DNA of 64,000 bases from Octopus vulgaris (GCA_951406725.2 OX597814.1:85622001-85686000), one strand, 5' to 3'. Numbered from the stretch's first letter, positions 14,123 through 29,754 are shown. Notes: generated by a model not told the origin, from the sequence alone. Numbers and translations: made by a program.

Positions 14123-14628
14123 CATATATACTTACTTACATACATATATATATATACATATACGTACATATATATACATCTAATATAATAAATGTGAAAA
14201 CTAATTTCAGTGCGTCAGTGTGTCTCACTTCGACCCCACCTCTCTCACTGTTCATTGACACTCCTACTATTGTAGGAGTGTCAATGTTGGAGTGTCATGT
14301 TGGAGTGTCATGTTGGAGTGAGAGTGATAGTAGGCATAGAGATGGTAGTAGATTGACGGTTGTGATGGTAATGGGGTGATAGTAATAGTATGATCTGTAG
14401 TTGTGATAAAGGCGGAGGTGACGGTGATGATGATGGTGGTGGTGGTAGCTGAAGCAGTCAGCAACAATGGTGTTAGTAAGCAATGTGAAAGACAGTGGTG
14501 ATGGTGGAGGAGGGGAAGCGGTGAAGATATTGATACTGGTGGCATCAGAAGTCTGAATGGTGTGCGTATGGCAGTTGTGCTTGTGATGATGGTGGTATTG
14601 GTAATAGTGATAGTTGAAAACAATCAAC

Positions 14629-14701
<73 letters not shown>

Positions 14702-15412
14702 TAGACAGAAAAAAGTTGTACTGACACCTGAATGGGAAGACAAAAAATCATGTTTATCATGCAGCTTTGCAATAAGTTCCAAGTCAACAAATTATATCAG
14801 TGTTTTGATGAAAATTGGTTGAAAAATATTGGTCAAGTTTAATAAAATTTAATATGTACTCAATGCATAAAGTGTTACTGTTGGGCCCAAGGCTCAATGA
14901 AGAACCCTCCACAGGAGCTAATATATATATATATATATATATACATAGCGTGAGTGTAGAGGGATATATTATCCAGGTGGATACCGTGGTGCCTTTCAGT
15001 TATGTTCCAAGTTGCGGTTTAACCACATCGATTAGTGTTTGACGTCTATGATTATTATTACGTGTGTGTGTATGTGTATAAATCCCTTTACTGATTAGCA
15101 TACACTTACACACACGTAAAGAAGCACACATGCAAAGAAACACACACACACTCTCAATCTCTCTCTCTTTTGTCTCTAGCATCGCATTCACTTCCCCTTT
15201 GTTCTTAACCATATATATCTCACAGTTACTAATCTGACAAATCAGTGGAGACATTATGGTACTGTTGTTTGGTACTGCAGGACAATACGTATACTCAGAA
15301 ACTTTCGCCCATTTATGGTATACATTATTTAACAATCAGTATTCGTTAATTTAACATTTAAATTCGTTTAATAATATTCACAATCGATAGAAATTTCTTT
15401 GTTTTTTTTTTC

Positions 15413-16045
15413 AAACAGTTGTTCTCGCAAAGCAAATTAAATAAAATTTGGGATTTTGCGGAGGGTCAAAATTGGTAACACAAAGAGGTCAGTGAAAGCA
15501 AACAGGAAGGGCTGCTAAGCCTAAACGAGGTTGTGGTGGCGAACGAGTAAATCAAGCTTGGACAGGAGACAGATGAGAACGCTCTTCCTTGTTCCAGCTA
15601 CATGACCATCGGCCATCTTTCTTCCTTCTCCTAACTTGTGTTTCTTTCACTCTCTCCGGTGTAGCTGGAACAAGGAAGACGTGTTCTTGTCTGTCTCCTG
15701 TCCAAGCTTGATTTACGCGTTCGCCACCACAACCTAGTTTAGGCTTAGCAGCCTTTCCTGTTTGTTTTCACTGTCCTCTATGTGTTATCTATTTTGACCC
15801 GCCGCAAAATCCCAAATTTTTAATTTGCTTTGCGGCAGCAACTGTTTTATCGAAAGCGTATATTATTGTTAAATGCTCGAAATACGAGAGTAGAAAAACA
15901 GCCAACAACTGATGAAGGGTCGTTCTTTATGTTGTTTGTCTTGTTTTCCATTTGTATCTTTCATTGTTCAAAAATAGTTCATATTCCATGTACTCGTACT
16001 TCGTATTTTTTTGTTGTACACGTTTCATGACGCACTGTGCCCGCA
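15413..16045 (+). mobile_element. Fold-back element (arms 15413-15602 and 15660-15847) with Penelope-pLTR-like extension containing a decayed hammerhead
   Basis: ~190-bp inverted arms; CTGTTTT(15842-48)..AGCGT/ATGCT.C GAAA..GTA..AAAACAG(15901); related sequence on minus strand at 53170-53625. Confidence 0.7.
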
Positions 16046-16048
16046 TAT

Positions 16049-16123
<75 letters not shown>

Positions 16124-16235
16124 CAGATAGATGTCAGTATGTACATATGCGTATGTATATATTCATGTTTATATATATATATATTATTTATATTATTATA
16201 TGACTGAACGCCACGCATCCTCTTCCAAGTAAGTT

Positions 16236-16266
<31 letters not shown>

Positions 16267-16289
16267 ATGAGCGTGTGTGTGTGTGTGTG

Positions 16290-16530
16290 TGTGCGTGTAG
16301 GTGTCTGAGTGTCCCAACCCTCACCATTGTTTGACAATCGATGCTGGTGTGTTTATGTACCCGTAACTTTGTGGTTCGGCAAAAGAAAGCGATAGAATAT
16401 GTACGAGGCTCACAAAGAATAAGTTCCTGCGGTCGATTTCTTCGACTAAAATCCTTTAAGACGGTGCTCCAACATGGCCGCAGGCAAAAAAAACTGAAAC
16501 AGTTAAGAGAATAAAAGAAAGAATAGAAGA
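16290..16530 (+). mobile_element. SINE family B, 3' half
   Basis: GACAATCGATGCTGGTGTGTTTATGTACCCGTAAC..GGTGCTCCAACATGGCCGCAG..(AAAGAAT) tail. Confidence 0.8.
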
Positions 16531-16829
16531 ATGTGTGTGTGTGTGTGCGCGCGCGCGCCTGTATGTGTGTTCTGTTCTAAATGAGTGTCTGTCTAATGAT
16601 CACAGTATTGAGTCCTCCTGTTTTCTTCGAGTGCAACATTTATTGGAACCAAAAGCATACAAATGGTCATACTCAGGTGTACATATGCACAACACATTTG
16701 CGTATCTGCAGGTGTACGAATGAGTTTGGGAGAGTAAAGAAGCAGGCGTCACCATGTGTATCTCTGTATCTGTGACAAACTTGTACGTATGTATGTAATA
16801 TATATATATATATATATGTATTATGTATG

Positions 16830-16863
<34 letters not shown>

Positions 16864-16869
16864 TGTATG

Positions 16870-16934
<65 letters not shown>

Positions 16935-17057
16935 ATATGTGTGTGTGTATACACATGGATATGAGTACACGTTTTGCGTATATATAGCCATGCCTTTACG
17001 TATTTGTGTGTCTGCAAGTGTATATCTTTGGGTTGGATATGTTATACATACACACCC

Positions 17058-17108
<51 letters not shown>

Positions 17109-17812
17109 TAGATACATATACATACGCATATATATATGCGTATGTATATGTATCTACAGAAACGTATATATATATATTTAAATATATGTATATATCTGTA
17201 TATATATATATGTGTATATATATATGTGTATATATGTGTGCATATGTATGTATATATATATATATACGTGTGTGTGGATAGGTAGATATAGATGTTTATG
17301 TTCATAGAGATACATTGATACATAGGTAGATACGGATATGTACATAAATACACATTCTCATACACATACGCACGCACATACACACGTACACACACACACA
17401 CACACATATATATACATATATATATATGCACAGCCATAGATATGTAGGTACATACTGAAGTACAACAGCCCTCTCTCACTCGCGCACACAAAGCGACATT
17501 ATAAGTACACATAGTTATCACACACTAGCCTGGTCGAAATAGCTGCAATGATCTAGGAGTAATTACCAGAAATCATGATTTACTAGTGGACAAGTGGGAA
17601 AAGACATTTATGTAATAGTAAATGTCCAGCGGACTATTTGATCTACGGCTCCTGTCGTAGCTCTTATGTATATTATATATTATATAGCTGTAGATATATT
17701 ATAGCTATGTCTGTCTGTTGACCACTTTATCGCGTCGTTCGTTTTCAGTTTCGTGTCAGACTATACATTTACCTGAGGCATGTAGACGTACTTGCACACA
17801 TGCACGCACGCA

Positions 17813-17893
<81 letters not shown>

Positions 17894-18279
17894 GCATTGA
17901 CTGAATGGTGTTCGTACACAATCGTCGACAAAGGTACACTCACATATAACACACCTCCTTCTCATACTATACTTAGTTATAAATGTGTCTGTTCTTGCAG
18001 ATGAGTCTTACTACGTATTGATATTCTACGTGAATGCACGTACTTAATTCATAGCTGTATGTGTACCTTTCTTACTCTCACGTTACCCCACCCCACTAGC
18101 TGTATACACATGCACACACGCACAAACTCACACATATACCCATTTGAATGTACGCTTATGCTTCATTCTTGCTTCTTTCCAGTCAGTCAAGCAACCTAGC
18201 TATCCCTAAAGTCTCACATGTATATATATATATATATATATGAAGTAACAGAGTGACTGAAGGCCCGAGAGTTTCGTGC

Positions 18280-19088
18280 GTTGGCTCTTATCAAACTAGG
18301 CACAGGTCGATGGCTTGTGAGTTTATATAGTTGTGTGAAGTGATATAGTGTCCAAGAGAGGGTGCGCTTCATGTCAATTCTACTGTCTTCTTCAAGCTTC
18401 CGAGCAACATACCCATGCATGGTCTTTTTATCTATGCTGAGTGCTTTCCATCCAGAGCCCAACTGTTTGGGGGCTGTATAGGAGATCATCAGGAAGAGAG
18501 TTTTTCTTGAGGAATTCACTGCCCACTCGTACAATGTTGCTCACTTCACTTTTCAGCACTGCATTAATATATTTATTTTTGCTGCTGTTGTTTAGTAGGT
18601 TTAACTGCTTGAGTGATACCATACGGCATTCGAAGGCCGTTTACAATGATCTCAGCCTCTACCACCTTCATTTCATCTTAGGTAGAGCCTATCAACATCG
18701 CTGTTCCCAGCTGTTGTCAGGATTTTGCGGGTTTTGATATCTACAGAGTGGATTTCCTCTACAGACCAATCAAGTATCTCAAATGTTGGGATCAACACTG
18801 GTGCTGCAAATGCATTGGGGATATTGTTTTGTTGTAAGAGGAGAGTTCCGACTGCCATATTTTCCTAAGGCTGGTGTAATATTCTTGGGTCACTCTATCT
18901 TTATTTACAGTGCCTTCATATGATACATTTTCGTTTATGCCTAGGTACTTGTAACATTCTTTGTGTGGAATGGGAGAAATAGAGAGACCGTTGATGCACA
19001 GGTTTTGGGTTTGCGGGATTGACTTTCCTCGTTCTATAACCAAATATAAACATTTCTTTTGGCCAAATTCAATGCCTATGTCAACTGA
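18280..19088 (-). pseudogene. R4/Dong-like (RLE) non-LTR retrotransposon RT fragment
   Basis: YKYLGINENVSYEG..RKIWQSELSSYNK; NAFAAPVLIPTFEILDW..DIKTRKILT..DVDRLYL..GGRG. Confidence 0.85.
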
Positions 19089-19095
19089 ATGTATG

Positions 19096-19129
<34 letters not shown>

Positions 19130-19204
19130 TGTATGTATGTATGTATGTATGTATGTATGTATGTATGTATGTTTGTATGTAAGTATGTATGTATGTGTGT
19201 ATGT

Positions 19205-19800
19205 GTCAGGGTTACTTGGACGACAACCTCTATATGATAGTTTTGCCATGCTATATACATTTTCGTATTTTATTTCTTACTCTTTTCGTCACTGTGTCAC
19301 CTTTCACTTCATGAGTGTGCTATTCGTTCCTCTTATTTACTATTTGAAGTAAATCCAGAATTTTCTTATAAACAATGTTACCTGTTTTCCCACAAGGAGC
19401 ACAAATAAAAAGAGACACCAAATAGGGTTTGTTCCTGACATTATTAAAGACATAGCAGAAGCTGAGCTTTACTGGAAACTGTAGCCTTTTGAATACAAAA
19501 GGCATTTCTGTGTCAGATGGAGTCAAGGTTATTCTGGGTATAGATGCATCTTCTCCAATAAAACAACCAATCAAAATACGTAGTTGCCTGAATAATAGGA
19601 GGCATTATTGCATATGCACTGTAGGGTCTCTTCTCGAAAAATTCGGTAATTTGTACTGTTTTTGAGCAAGAGTGACACAGTTCTGAATATGCAGTTACCA
19701 TTACTTATGGTTGGATAAAAGAGACAAGTTGATATAATTAGTTCAATATTTTCCCAGAGATTTAATAAAGTACTTTACTTTTAGTCTGAACTTTTGACAG
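19205..19800 (-). pseudogene. Helitron PIF1-type helicase C-terminal fragment
   Basis: GEDASIPRITLTPSDTEMPFVFKRLQFPVKLSF..KTGNIVYKKIL is the typical Helitron helicase C-terminus, with an internal deletion. Confidence 0.85.
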
Positions 19801-19849
19801 CCTCTTCGCAAAGAGAAGAGTGACACCAAAGACTAATAAAAGTCTAAAC

Positions 19850-20016
19850 CAGCGGTTATCAGTCGCGGATCACAGGGCCACCTTCCCCCTCAAGACCCCC
19901 GACGGCCTTCCCTCCCTCTTTAATTGACTTCTTCTATCATTTTTGTTGCGATCACCTAAAAAAAAAGATACAGGTTTGGATCAGACCCGTATTTAAGAAA
20001 AGGTCGAGAACCACTG
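19850..20016. mobile_element. hAT (Charlie-like) MITE
   Basis: Imperfect TIRs CAGCGGTTATCAGTC / GGTCGAGAACCACTG; 8-bp TSD GTCTAAAC(19842-49)/GTCTAAAT(20017-24). Confidence 0.85.
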
Positions 20017-20284
20017 GTCTAAATGATATCAATTTCTTCTTTAGAAATGTCTTTCTTTGTGATTACTAGCTGAATCCAGTTTTATAAGTAGTAAAGAAGA
20101 TAATATTTTTTTATGAATTTAATAAGATACCTTAAATTTAATGTTAACTTAAGATGTCTTCGTGAAACAAGTGATACGACTCTAACCATTTAGCAACCGA
20201 TAACTTCACAACGTCTGCTAAAAAGGAATACTCCATTTGTATCCGAATAATGCCTAGGTGTGTGTGTGTGTGTGTGTGAGAAGC

Positions 20285-20322
<38 letters not shown>

Positions 20323-20479
20323 CGAGAGCGAGAGAGAGAAAGGAAGACAGAAAGAGCGGAGAGACCGAAGTGAAAGAGTGATATGAAAGTCAAAGAGGGA
20401 AAAAGATAGAGCGAATGACAATAAATGGTAAACAGGAAAATGGAAAAGAATATGATAGACATACATACATGCATACTAA

Positions 20480-20860
<381 letters not shown>

Positions 20861-21132
20861 GCAAAGAAAGAACAACAGAAATAATTTGTCTTAATCGTAA
20901 ATATGTGTATGCATGTCTGGTACTTTCATATGTGTATGTAATGTTATAAAATGTATATATGTACATGCAGTTGTATATATGTACATGCTCTACAAGCGTG
21001 GTCTATGGTCTGATATACTCATGCCAACATATCCTTGTCTTTTTTCTTATTCAATCCACTTTTAAAATATATTTCATACTTTTCAAGCCTTACACTATTC
21101 TACATACATACATACATACATACATACATACA

Positions 21133-21166
<34 letters not shown>

Positions 21167-21213
21167 CGTGCGTACATACATATATAAATACTATAAATGT
21201 ATACATACATACA

Positions 21214-21256
<43 letters not shown>

Positions 21257-21258
<2 letters not shown>

Positions 21259-21290
21259 TAGCAGAGATACTCGGCGTTGCTCGGGATTAA
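21257..21290 (-). mobile_element. Isolated Helitron-like 3' terminus
   Basis: Minus strand CCCGAGCAACGCCGAGTATCTCTGCTAGT: GC hairpin followed by CTAG|T. Confidence 0.5.
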
Positions 21291-21311
21291 AATGGTATAG
21301 TTTTTTTCATT

Positions 21312-21770
21312 GCTTTACTTGTTTCAGTCATGTGAATTCAGCCATGCTGGATCACCGCATTCAATCGAAGAAATCGACCAGGATTTATTCTTTGTAAGCC
21401 TAGTACATATTCTATCGGTGTGTTTTACCAAACAGCTAAGTTACAGGGACGTAACACACCAACGTCGGTTGTCAAGCGATGATGGGGCTACAAACACAGA
21501 CATAGACACACACACACACACACATATTTATACATACCTATATGTGTCTTTGTGTTAGTGTTTGTCACCCTCACCACCGCTTGACTACTGGTGTTGATGT
21601 GTTTATATCCCCGGTAACTTAGCGGTTCTGCAAAAGAACCAATAGAATAAATACTAGGCTTAAAGAATAAGTCCTGGGGTCGATTTGTTCGACTAAAACT
21701 CTTCGAGGCGGTGCTCCAGAATAGCCGCTGTCAAATGATTGAAACAACTCAAAGAATAAAATAAAAGAAA
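21312..21770. mobile_element. Two SINE family B 3' halves in inverted orientation (21312-21525 minus, 21543-21770 plus)
   Basis: Same family motifs on opposite strands flanking a CA/TG tract. Confidence 0.8.
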
Positions 21771-21959
21771 AACGTGCCAATGATTCGGCCAGTTCGCCGT
21801 TTTTGACCAAATTATAACAACGGATTATTTGAAATTAACTAAATCTACATGATTCATACAGCCTATATTACAAAACACTATTGGTAGCTCTGCACGTTTA
21901 CACGAACTACATATATATGTATGTATACATATATGCATTTGTGTGTCTCTCTCTGTATA

Positions 21960-22027
<68 letters not shown>

Positions 22028-22248
22028 CACACATACACACACACATATACTGAGACAGATAAAGAGAGATTTCATTCGGTAATTGTGAGGATGGGAAGGA
22101 GAAAATTATTTTTAAACATTGATTATTGCTTCTAATCAATTGGGAATGAGGTGTTTGTATTTCCTCTCGGTTTATTCTGATAATTACTTTCATACTTCTC
22201 GAATACCCTAGTAAACAACAACTAAAAACAAAAACAGCCTTAAGAAGA

Positions 22249-22486
<238 letters not shown>

Positions 22487-23087
22487 TGCCGCAGCAGTTG
22501 TACCGATAATAATAATAATAATCATTTTCATGATAATGATGATGATAATCCTTTCTTTATTAACCACAAGGACCTACACATAGGATACGAAACATTGTCA
22601 TAAAAGAAGGATAACAAAATGTGTGGGAATGCACAAACACGCGTAAACGCATGCACGTATGCAAGCACACACACACATGTGCACATACACGCATACAAGT
22701 ACACACGCACGCACATCTATACAAGCAAACGGACATATAAATGAGTTGGAAACAAAAACGTAATAGAATGTGTCAAAACATGTTGAAATTTTCGTACATA
22801 AAATACAATACAAATGAATACAATTAAGAGCCACATACCAAGACTAGGGTGAGAAGCTGCTAGAAAGGTAGAATCGGTACACCCCTATATTCTGACCCCT
22901 TTCTGCAAACTAGTTTATCTAAAGTTGTTCCTTGACAATTTTGGCCTTAGCCGCGCCGTCAATAGCTACATCTCGTCTGAAGTATAATACATCAGTTGTT
23001 GATCAGCCAGTGACTTGATCTTCATCAACGATCTCTGTCAAATACAGGTTTCTGGTACTCATCGCCAAAATCTTAATCCCTCCTGTC

Positions 23088-24005
23088 ACAGGTACAAGGC
23101 CCGAAATTTGGCGGGAGGGAGCTAGTCAGTTACGTTATTCCCAGTGCTCAACTGATACTTAATTCATCGACCCCGAAAGGATACAAGGCAAAGTCGACTT
23201 GGACGGAATTTGAACTCAGAACGTAAAAACGGATGAAATACCGTTAAGCATTTTACCTGGCATGCTTTCCGATTCTGCCAGCTTTTCTCTCTTATTACCC
23301 ACAAGGGGCCAAACACAGAGAGGACAAACTAGGACAGACAAGCGGATTAAGTCGACTACATCGACCCCAGTGCGTAACTGGTACTTAATTTATCGACCCC
23401 GAAAGGATGAAAAGCAAAGTCGATCTCGGCTGGATTTGAACTCAGAACGTAACGGCAGACGAAATACGGCTACGCATTTCGCTCGGCGTGCTAACGATTC
23501 TGCCAGCTTACCGCCTTAAACCTCCTCCTTTAAGCTCAGAGCGTAAAGATGGGCGAAATGCAGTAATGCATTTTACCCGGCGTGCTAAAGCTTCTGCTAA
23601 ATGTTTACCTTAAAACTCCTTAATCAATGTAGTATCAATATCAATATTCCTTTCTACTCTAGGCACAAGGCTCGAAATTTTAGTGGGGGGGGGGGGTGAC
23701 CAGCTGATTAGATCAACCCCAGTACGCAACTTGTACTTCATTTATCGACCCCAAAAGGATGAAAGGCAAAGTCGACTTCGGCGGAATTTGAACTCAAAAT
23801 GTAGCAGCAGACGAAATACATATTTCTTTACTACCCACAAGGGGCTAAACACAGAGTGGACAAACAAGGACAGACAAACGTATTAAGTCGATTATATCGA
23901 CCCCAGTGCGTAACTGCTACTTATTTAATCGACCCTGAAAGGATGAAAGGCAAAATCGACCTCGGCGGAATTTGAACTCAGAACGTAGCAGCGGACGAAA
24001 TACGG
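23088..24005 (-). mobile_element. Tandem/nested cluster of about five SINE family A copies
   Basis: Repeated TCGACCCCGAAAGGATGAAAGGCAAAGTCGAC..GGAATTTGAACTCAGAACGT; minus-strand core GCCTTTCATCCTTTCGGGGTCGATAAA resembles the MetaSINE central domain. Confidence 0.9.
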
Positions 24006-24083
24006 AAATACGAAAGACGGATGGGGGAAGTCTACCAGAATAAGATAGTTATCAAAGGGATCCATAGATAAAAAATGGTTGAG

Positions 24084-24175
24084 GGCACCTTGGGCAAGGG
24101 TCTTCTACTATAGCCTCGGGTCGACCAAAGCCTTGTGAGTGGATTTGGTTGACAGAAACTGAAAGAAGCCCGTCG

Positions 24176-24239
<64 letters not shown>

Positions 24240-24450
24240 TTGTGTGTCTGTGTTTGTCATCCTACCATCGCTAGACAACCGATGTTACTGTGCTTACGTC
24301 CCCGTTACTGAGCGGTTCGGCAAAAGGCCGAAAGAATAAGTACTAGGCTTACAAAGAATAAGTCCTGGGGTTGATTTGTTCGACTAAAGGCGGTGCTCCA
24401 GCATGGCCGCAGTCAAATGACTGAAACAAATGAAAGAATAAAAAAAAAGT
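24084..24450 (+). mobile_element. SINE family B, 5'-truncated, with internal (TA)n
   Basis: CACCTTGGGCAAG..GAAAGAAGCCCGTCG-(TA)n-TGTGTTTGTC..CAGTCAAATGACTGAAAC. Confidence 0.9.
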
Positions 24451-25819
24451 CCCTGATTCATATTATTTTGTTGAGTACCTTAAATAAGTTTAGCCTCTTG
24501 TTAAGGTGATTTAAAATACGTTTGTTAGGAATACTTGTCTGTTCAACGTAGAACGCTCTCTTTGTCATTTAAAATGTCCTCCGATGATTCATTGCAGTTA
24601 AGCATCCAAATGCATTTGGAACGTTTAATGTTGAGTCTCAGTTAAATACAATGATAAAACGTTCGTAGGAACTACATATTTATTCTGATGTTTATTTTAA
24701 TTTCCATTACTAAAATATAAAACATCATTCTATTAGTCGAGTATTTTAGATGTCCAAACAATCTCTGAAAGGCATTGGTTTTTGAAAGACACAAGCATCA
24801 ATCTATTCGTCAACAACTTTACAACTTATTCATTCGCTCCAGTTGTTTTAATCTTTCACTTGTTCCACTTTATTTTTTTTAATCTTTCACTTGTTCCACT
24901 CATTGGATTGCAGCCATCAGGCTGGCGTACCGTGTTGATGGTTTTGGTCGAACAAATCAACCTAGTACTTATTTTAAAGTATGCTATTTATTGTTGGTTT
25001 CTTTTTTTTAATTCCTAAGAAACCAGCACACACACACGCACGCACACACACATACACACACACACATATATATACACACACACACCAAAGGCTTCCTAGG
25101 TTTCCACACAATTTCTATCTACCAACTTCACTCACGTGTCAGTGATCGACTCAGAGCTACAATAGAAACTACTTGACCAAGATACCGCTTGGTTTTCCTC
25201 CTCCTCCCTCTCTCTCTCCTTCCCTTCCCCCTCTCCCCCTCTCTCCCTCCCTCTTTCTGTATATATGCAAATATATACAGAACATGCACATGTGTAAATA
25301 TGTGCATATCTATGCGCGCACGCGCCTGTATATTCGGTTCTAGCACCTAAATATAGTCACCAAAACAGGTTTAATGCCCAGTCAGCCGTGCCAGATCGTC
25401 TACATCCAAACACACAGCTATGGTAGATTGTCTCAGTCCAAAGGTGTTCGAGTCATCATCACAAGATAGCGGGTTCAATTCATCGACCAGGTAACGTATT
25501 GCATCTTGGTGTATGATACTTTATATCCCGTTTCTCTTGGCTTTTCGACAGAAAACGAGTACTAGGGGGACGTTGGTGCAATTCTCTCTCCTTCTAGCTG
25601 TAATATGTTGGATATACAGTTTTAGCGATAATAATGGGACCGTAAGGGTATTGGCACTGCTGTATTGTCATAATTCTGTAATGCTGGTTTTTAATTCTCC
25701 TGTCCATATCAATCTATAGTTTAGACCTTTGTTATGGTTTTGGGGTCCTTTAGAAAGTTCAGCCGTCGCCTTATTTCAATGAGTGAAAGATGTACCCTGT
25801 GGAACAGAAATGTATGATA

Positions 25820-25896
<77 letters not shown>

Positions 25897-26043
25897 CATG
25901 TCTATATGTATATGTATACATATGCGCGCGCGCACACACAAGCATATATGTATATACATACACAGATACATATATACTCGTACATTTATGTATGTATATA
26001 TGTATATCTAAATACATAATGTATATATATATATATGTATATG

Positions 26044-26102
<59 letters not shown>

Positions 26103-26398
26103 ATATATGTACATATGCATATGTACATACACACACATACATATTTACATATATGCGTAATTCCTCACTTACAATTATAGATAGATATGTCTATCAACTC
26201 AGTACGTACATACACTTACATACACACACACTGACATACACACACATGAACACATTTTCATACTATTTACAACACTTAGATAGTTAATGCATTCACTCAC
26301 ATATATATGTGAATGTGCATATGTGTAAGCCTATTATACATGCACATTTTTATGCATTTATGTATGCATGTATCCACGTATGTACGTGTGTGTGTGTA

Positions 26399-26435
<37 letters not shown>

Positions 26436-26460
26436 ATGTATATGTATATGTATATGTATG

Positions 26461-26514
<54 letters not shown>

Positions 26515-27151
26515 TATATGTATACACACTCATTGACAACATTGTTATCGAAGATAACACTAACCGATGAGAAATTAAAATAAAGATAAGAAGAAGAGTA
26601 TAAGAAGTGAGAACAAATGACACAATGAATGCAAGGACCGAATAAATAGTTCTATAAATAAATAAATAAATAAATATAATTAATCAACAAATTTTGGAAA
26701 TGCCAACGAAGAATCTTCCACGAGAATTAATGATGTAGGTAAAGAATCAAGAAAAACCAACGTAGAAACTAACAAAATAAATGGCTATAACATTCAGTTA
26801 ATTCTGTTGTTAGACATGAATATATTTAGACAAAAGTAGCTTATCTAACATTAAAGTTTTTACATACCCGCGAAACATCATTTAGATACATCATCAAAAT
26901 CGTCTGTTCGTTTGAATTGGTGGTTGTTTTGCTTTTCTTCTGTTTGTTTTTGTGTTGTTTTGTTTTTTGTTGTCAACTATATTTTTTGCTTCATGTTTGT
27001 GTTTTGTTGGGTTTTTTTTTGTTCTTTCTTTTCTTTATTCAAATAATGCTGAGAATCTCTTTAGAACTAAAGATTGCGTTTTGTATGTATGTATGTATGT
27101 ATGTATGTATGTATGTATGTATGCATGTATGTATGTATGTATGTATGTATG

Positions 27152-27240
<89 letters not shown>

Positions 27241-27628
27241 GCATATATGTATGTTTATACGTAAATATATGTGTATGTATATATATTTGTATTTATATTT
27301 ATATTTATATGTAGGTATTGGGTTTGAAAATATGTGGTATTCGGCGTCGCTCATTAAGAACAGTGACAGATAATCGAATGTTTATAGCAAAACTCATTAA
27401 ACCATGTATTTAATACGCGGATTAGAAGCATACGAATTGAGACAGACATACCCATTCATGTACACATTAGCTTACATAGACACACATGTAAACACGCACA
27501 CACGTACACACCTATATAGTCATATTTAAACACATGCACGCACATACTAAGCACCGACGCATCGGCACGCAAACAAACACACTCACATCTACTCACACAC
27601 ATGCAGAAAGCTTCTATTATTCAACCTT

Positions 27629-28115
27629 GTTTAAGGAAAGATAATTTTTACTGAAATCTATTTATTTAGCTTTATATTGTGTTTCTTTGATAAAAATATT
27701 TTAAAAAATCTCCGTTTTCAAGCGGCCGCAATCATTATGCGTTCAACCACGCCGCGACAGAAATCTCTGCTTCTCGTTATTTTCGGTAGGTCCTCAGTTT
27801 CGTTGTGTGTGTTTCTGCTAATAACACCAATGAATAATAGCTGAATGGTCATTGTCTTGTGTTAGGGTGTATAACTTTTGATATGGCCTGTTGTTCAACA
27901 GTTTATTTTTGTTTAAGGGAAGATAATTTTACTGAAAACTATTTGTTTAGCTTTATATTGTGTTACTTTGATGAAAAGTCTTCTTCTAGCGGCTGCAACT
28001 AAGATGCATTCTACCATGCGGCACCAGAAGGCTCTGCCTTTCATTAGCTTCGGTAAGTCTTCAATTTCGAAGTGTGTATTTCTGCCTATAACCATAATAA
28101 TAGCTGAATGGTCAT
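27629..28115 (+). repeat. Diverged ~282-bp-period tandem duplication
   Basis: GTTTAAGG.AAGATAATTTTTACTGAAA..AATAATAGCTGAATGGTCAT at 27629-27852 and 27911-28115. Confidence 0.85.
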
Positions 28116-28439
28116 GTTACTAGCGACCAGCAAAACCTACCCTGCATTGGGCATTAACAACAGAGTTTGGTGGAATGCGCCAATAAATCTCCTCGGAGGT
28201 TTTTTGCCGAGTGAGAGATAGATGAATGCGATGAGTTTTGTTATAGTTGGTACCAACGTTGTACTGTCAAACGACCGGGCAGAGCAGTATCTAGAGTCAA
28301 ACTACAACAGCTATTTGCCGTTCTTTAACTCCAGTTCAATTCAGATCGCTTATATTTATGATCAAAGGCCTTAACCATGATCATCCTGTATTTTGTATAT
28401 CTAGTGCTGTATTGTTCAATGTCTCCTTCTGCATCACCG

Positions 28440-28985
28440 GTCTAGAACCCCTATCTTGCCCAGGATATTAATCGTCTGGAAACCATTCAGCGACGTGCAA
28501 CCAAGAGAATACTCTCCATCAGGCATTTGCCATATTCTGAACGCTTTACTTCCCTGGGCATGGATACATTGAAACTCCGACGTCTGGCAGCTGACTTGGC
28601 AGACACCCATAAAATTATTAACTATCTTACTAACAATAGCTCTGAGCACCTTTTCAAACTCCACCCATCTAACACCCGTGGACATGTTTACAAAGTCAGA
28701 AAACAGCACAGCTGCCATGACTTTCGGAAACATTTTTTCACGCTAAGGGTTGCTGAAGCATGGAACAAACTGCCAGCATCAGTTCTTAGTTGTCGGAGCA
28801 CTGCATCCTTCAAAACTTCCTGAGATTCGTCAACACTACACCTTATTTTCTCCCCTCCATACACACGCAAGCATGTATCTGACTCATACACTGTTCACTT
28901 CCCAGACATTTGTACATTAATGCATATGCTTTATACGCACTTTTGACAAGTTGTGGTGCACCTGAGCGCTGTATACAATAATTTC

Positions 28986-28990
<5 letters not shown>
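28440..28990 (+). mobile_element. CR1-clade LINE 3' end
   Basis: PYLAQDINRLETIQRRATKRI..LPYSERF..LKLRRL..NTRGHVYK..FFTLRVAEAWNKLP; short 3' UTR, (ATT)n tail. Confidence 0.92.

Positions 28991-29754
<764 letters not shown>

Noticed and set aside
24568-24630. CCGATGA followed by palindrome TCCAAATGCATTTGGA
   Set aside because: GAAA box absent and stem II does not pair
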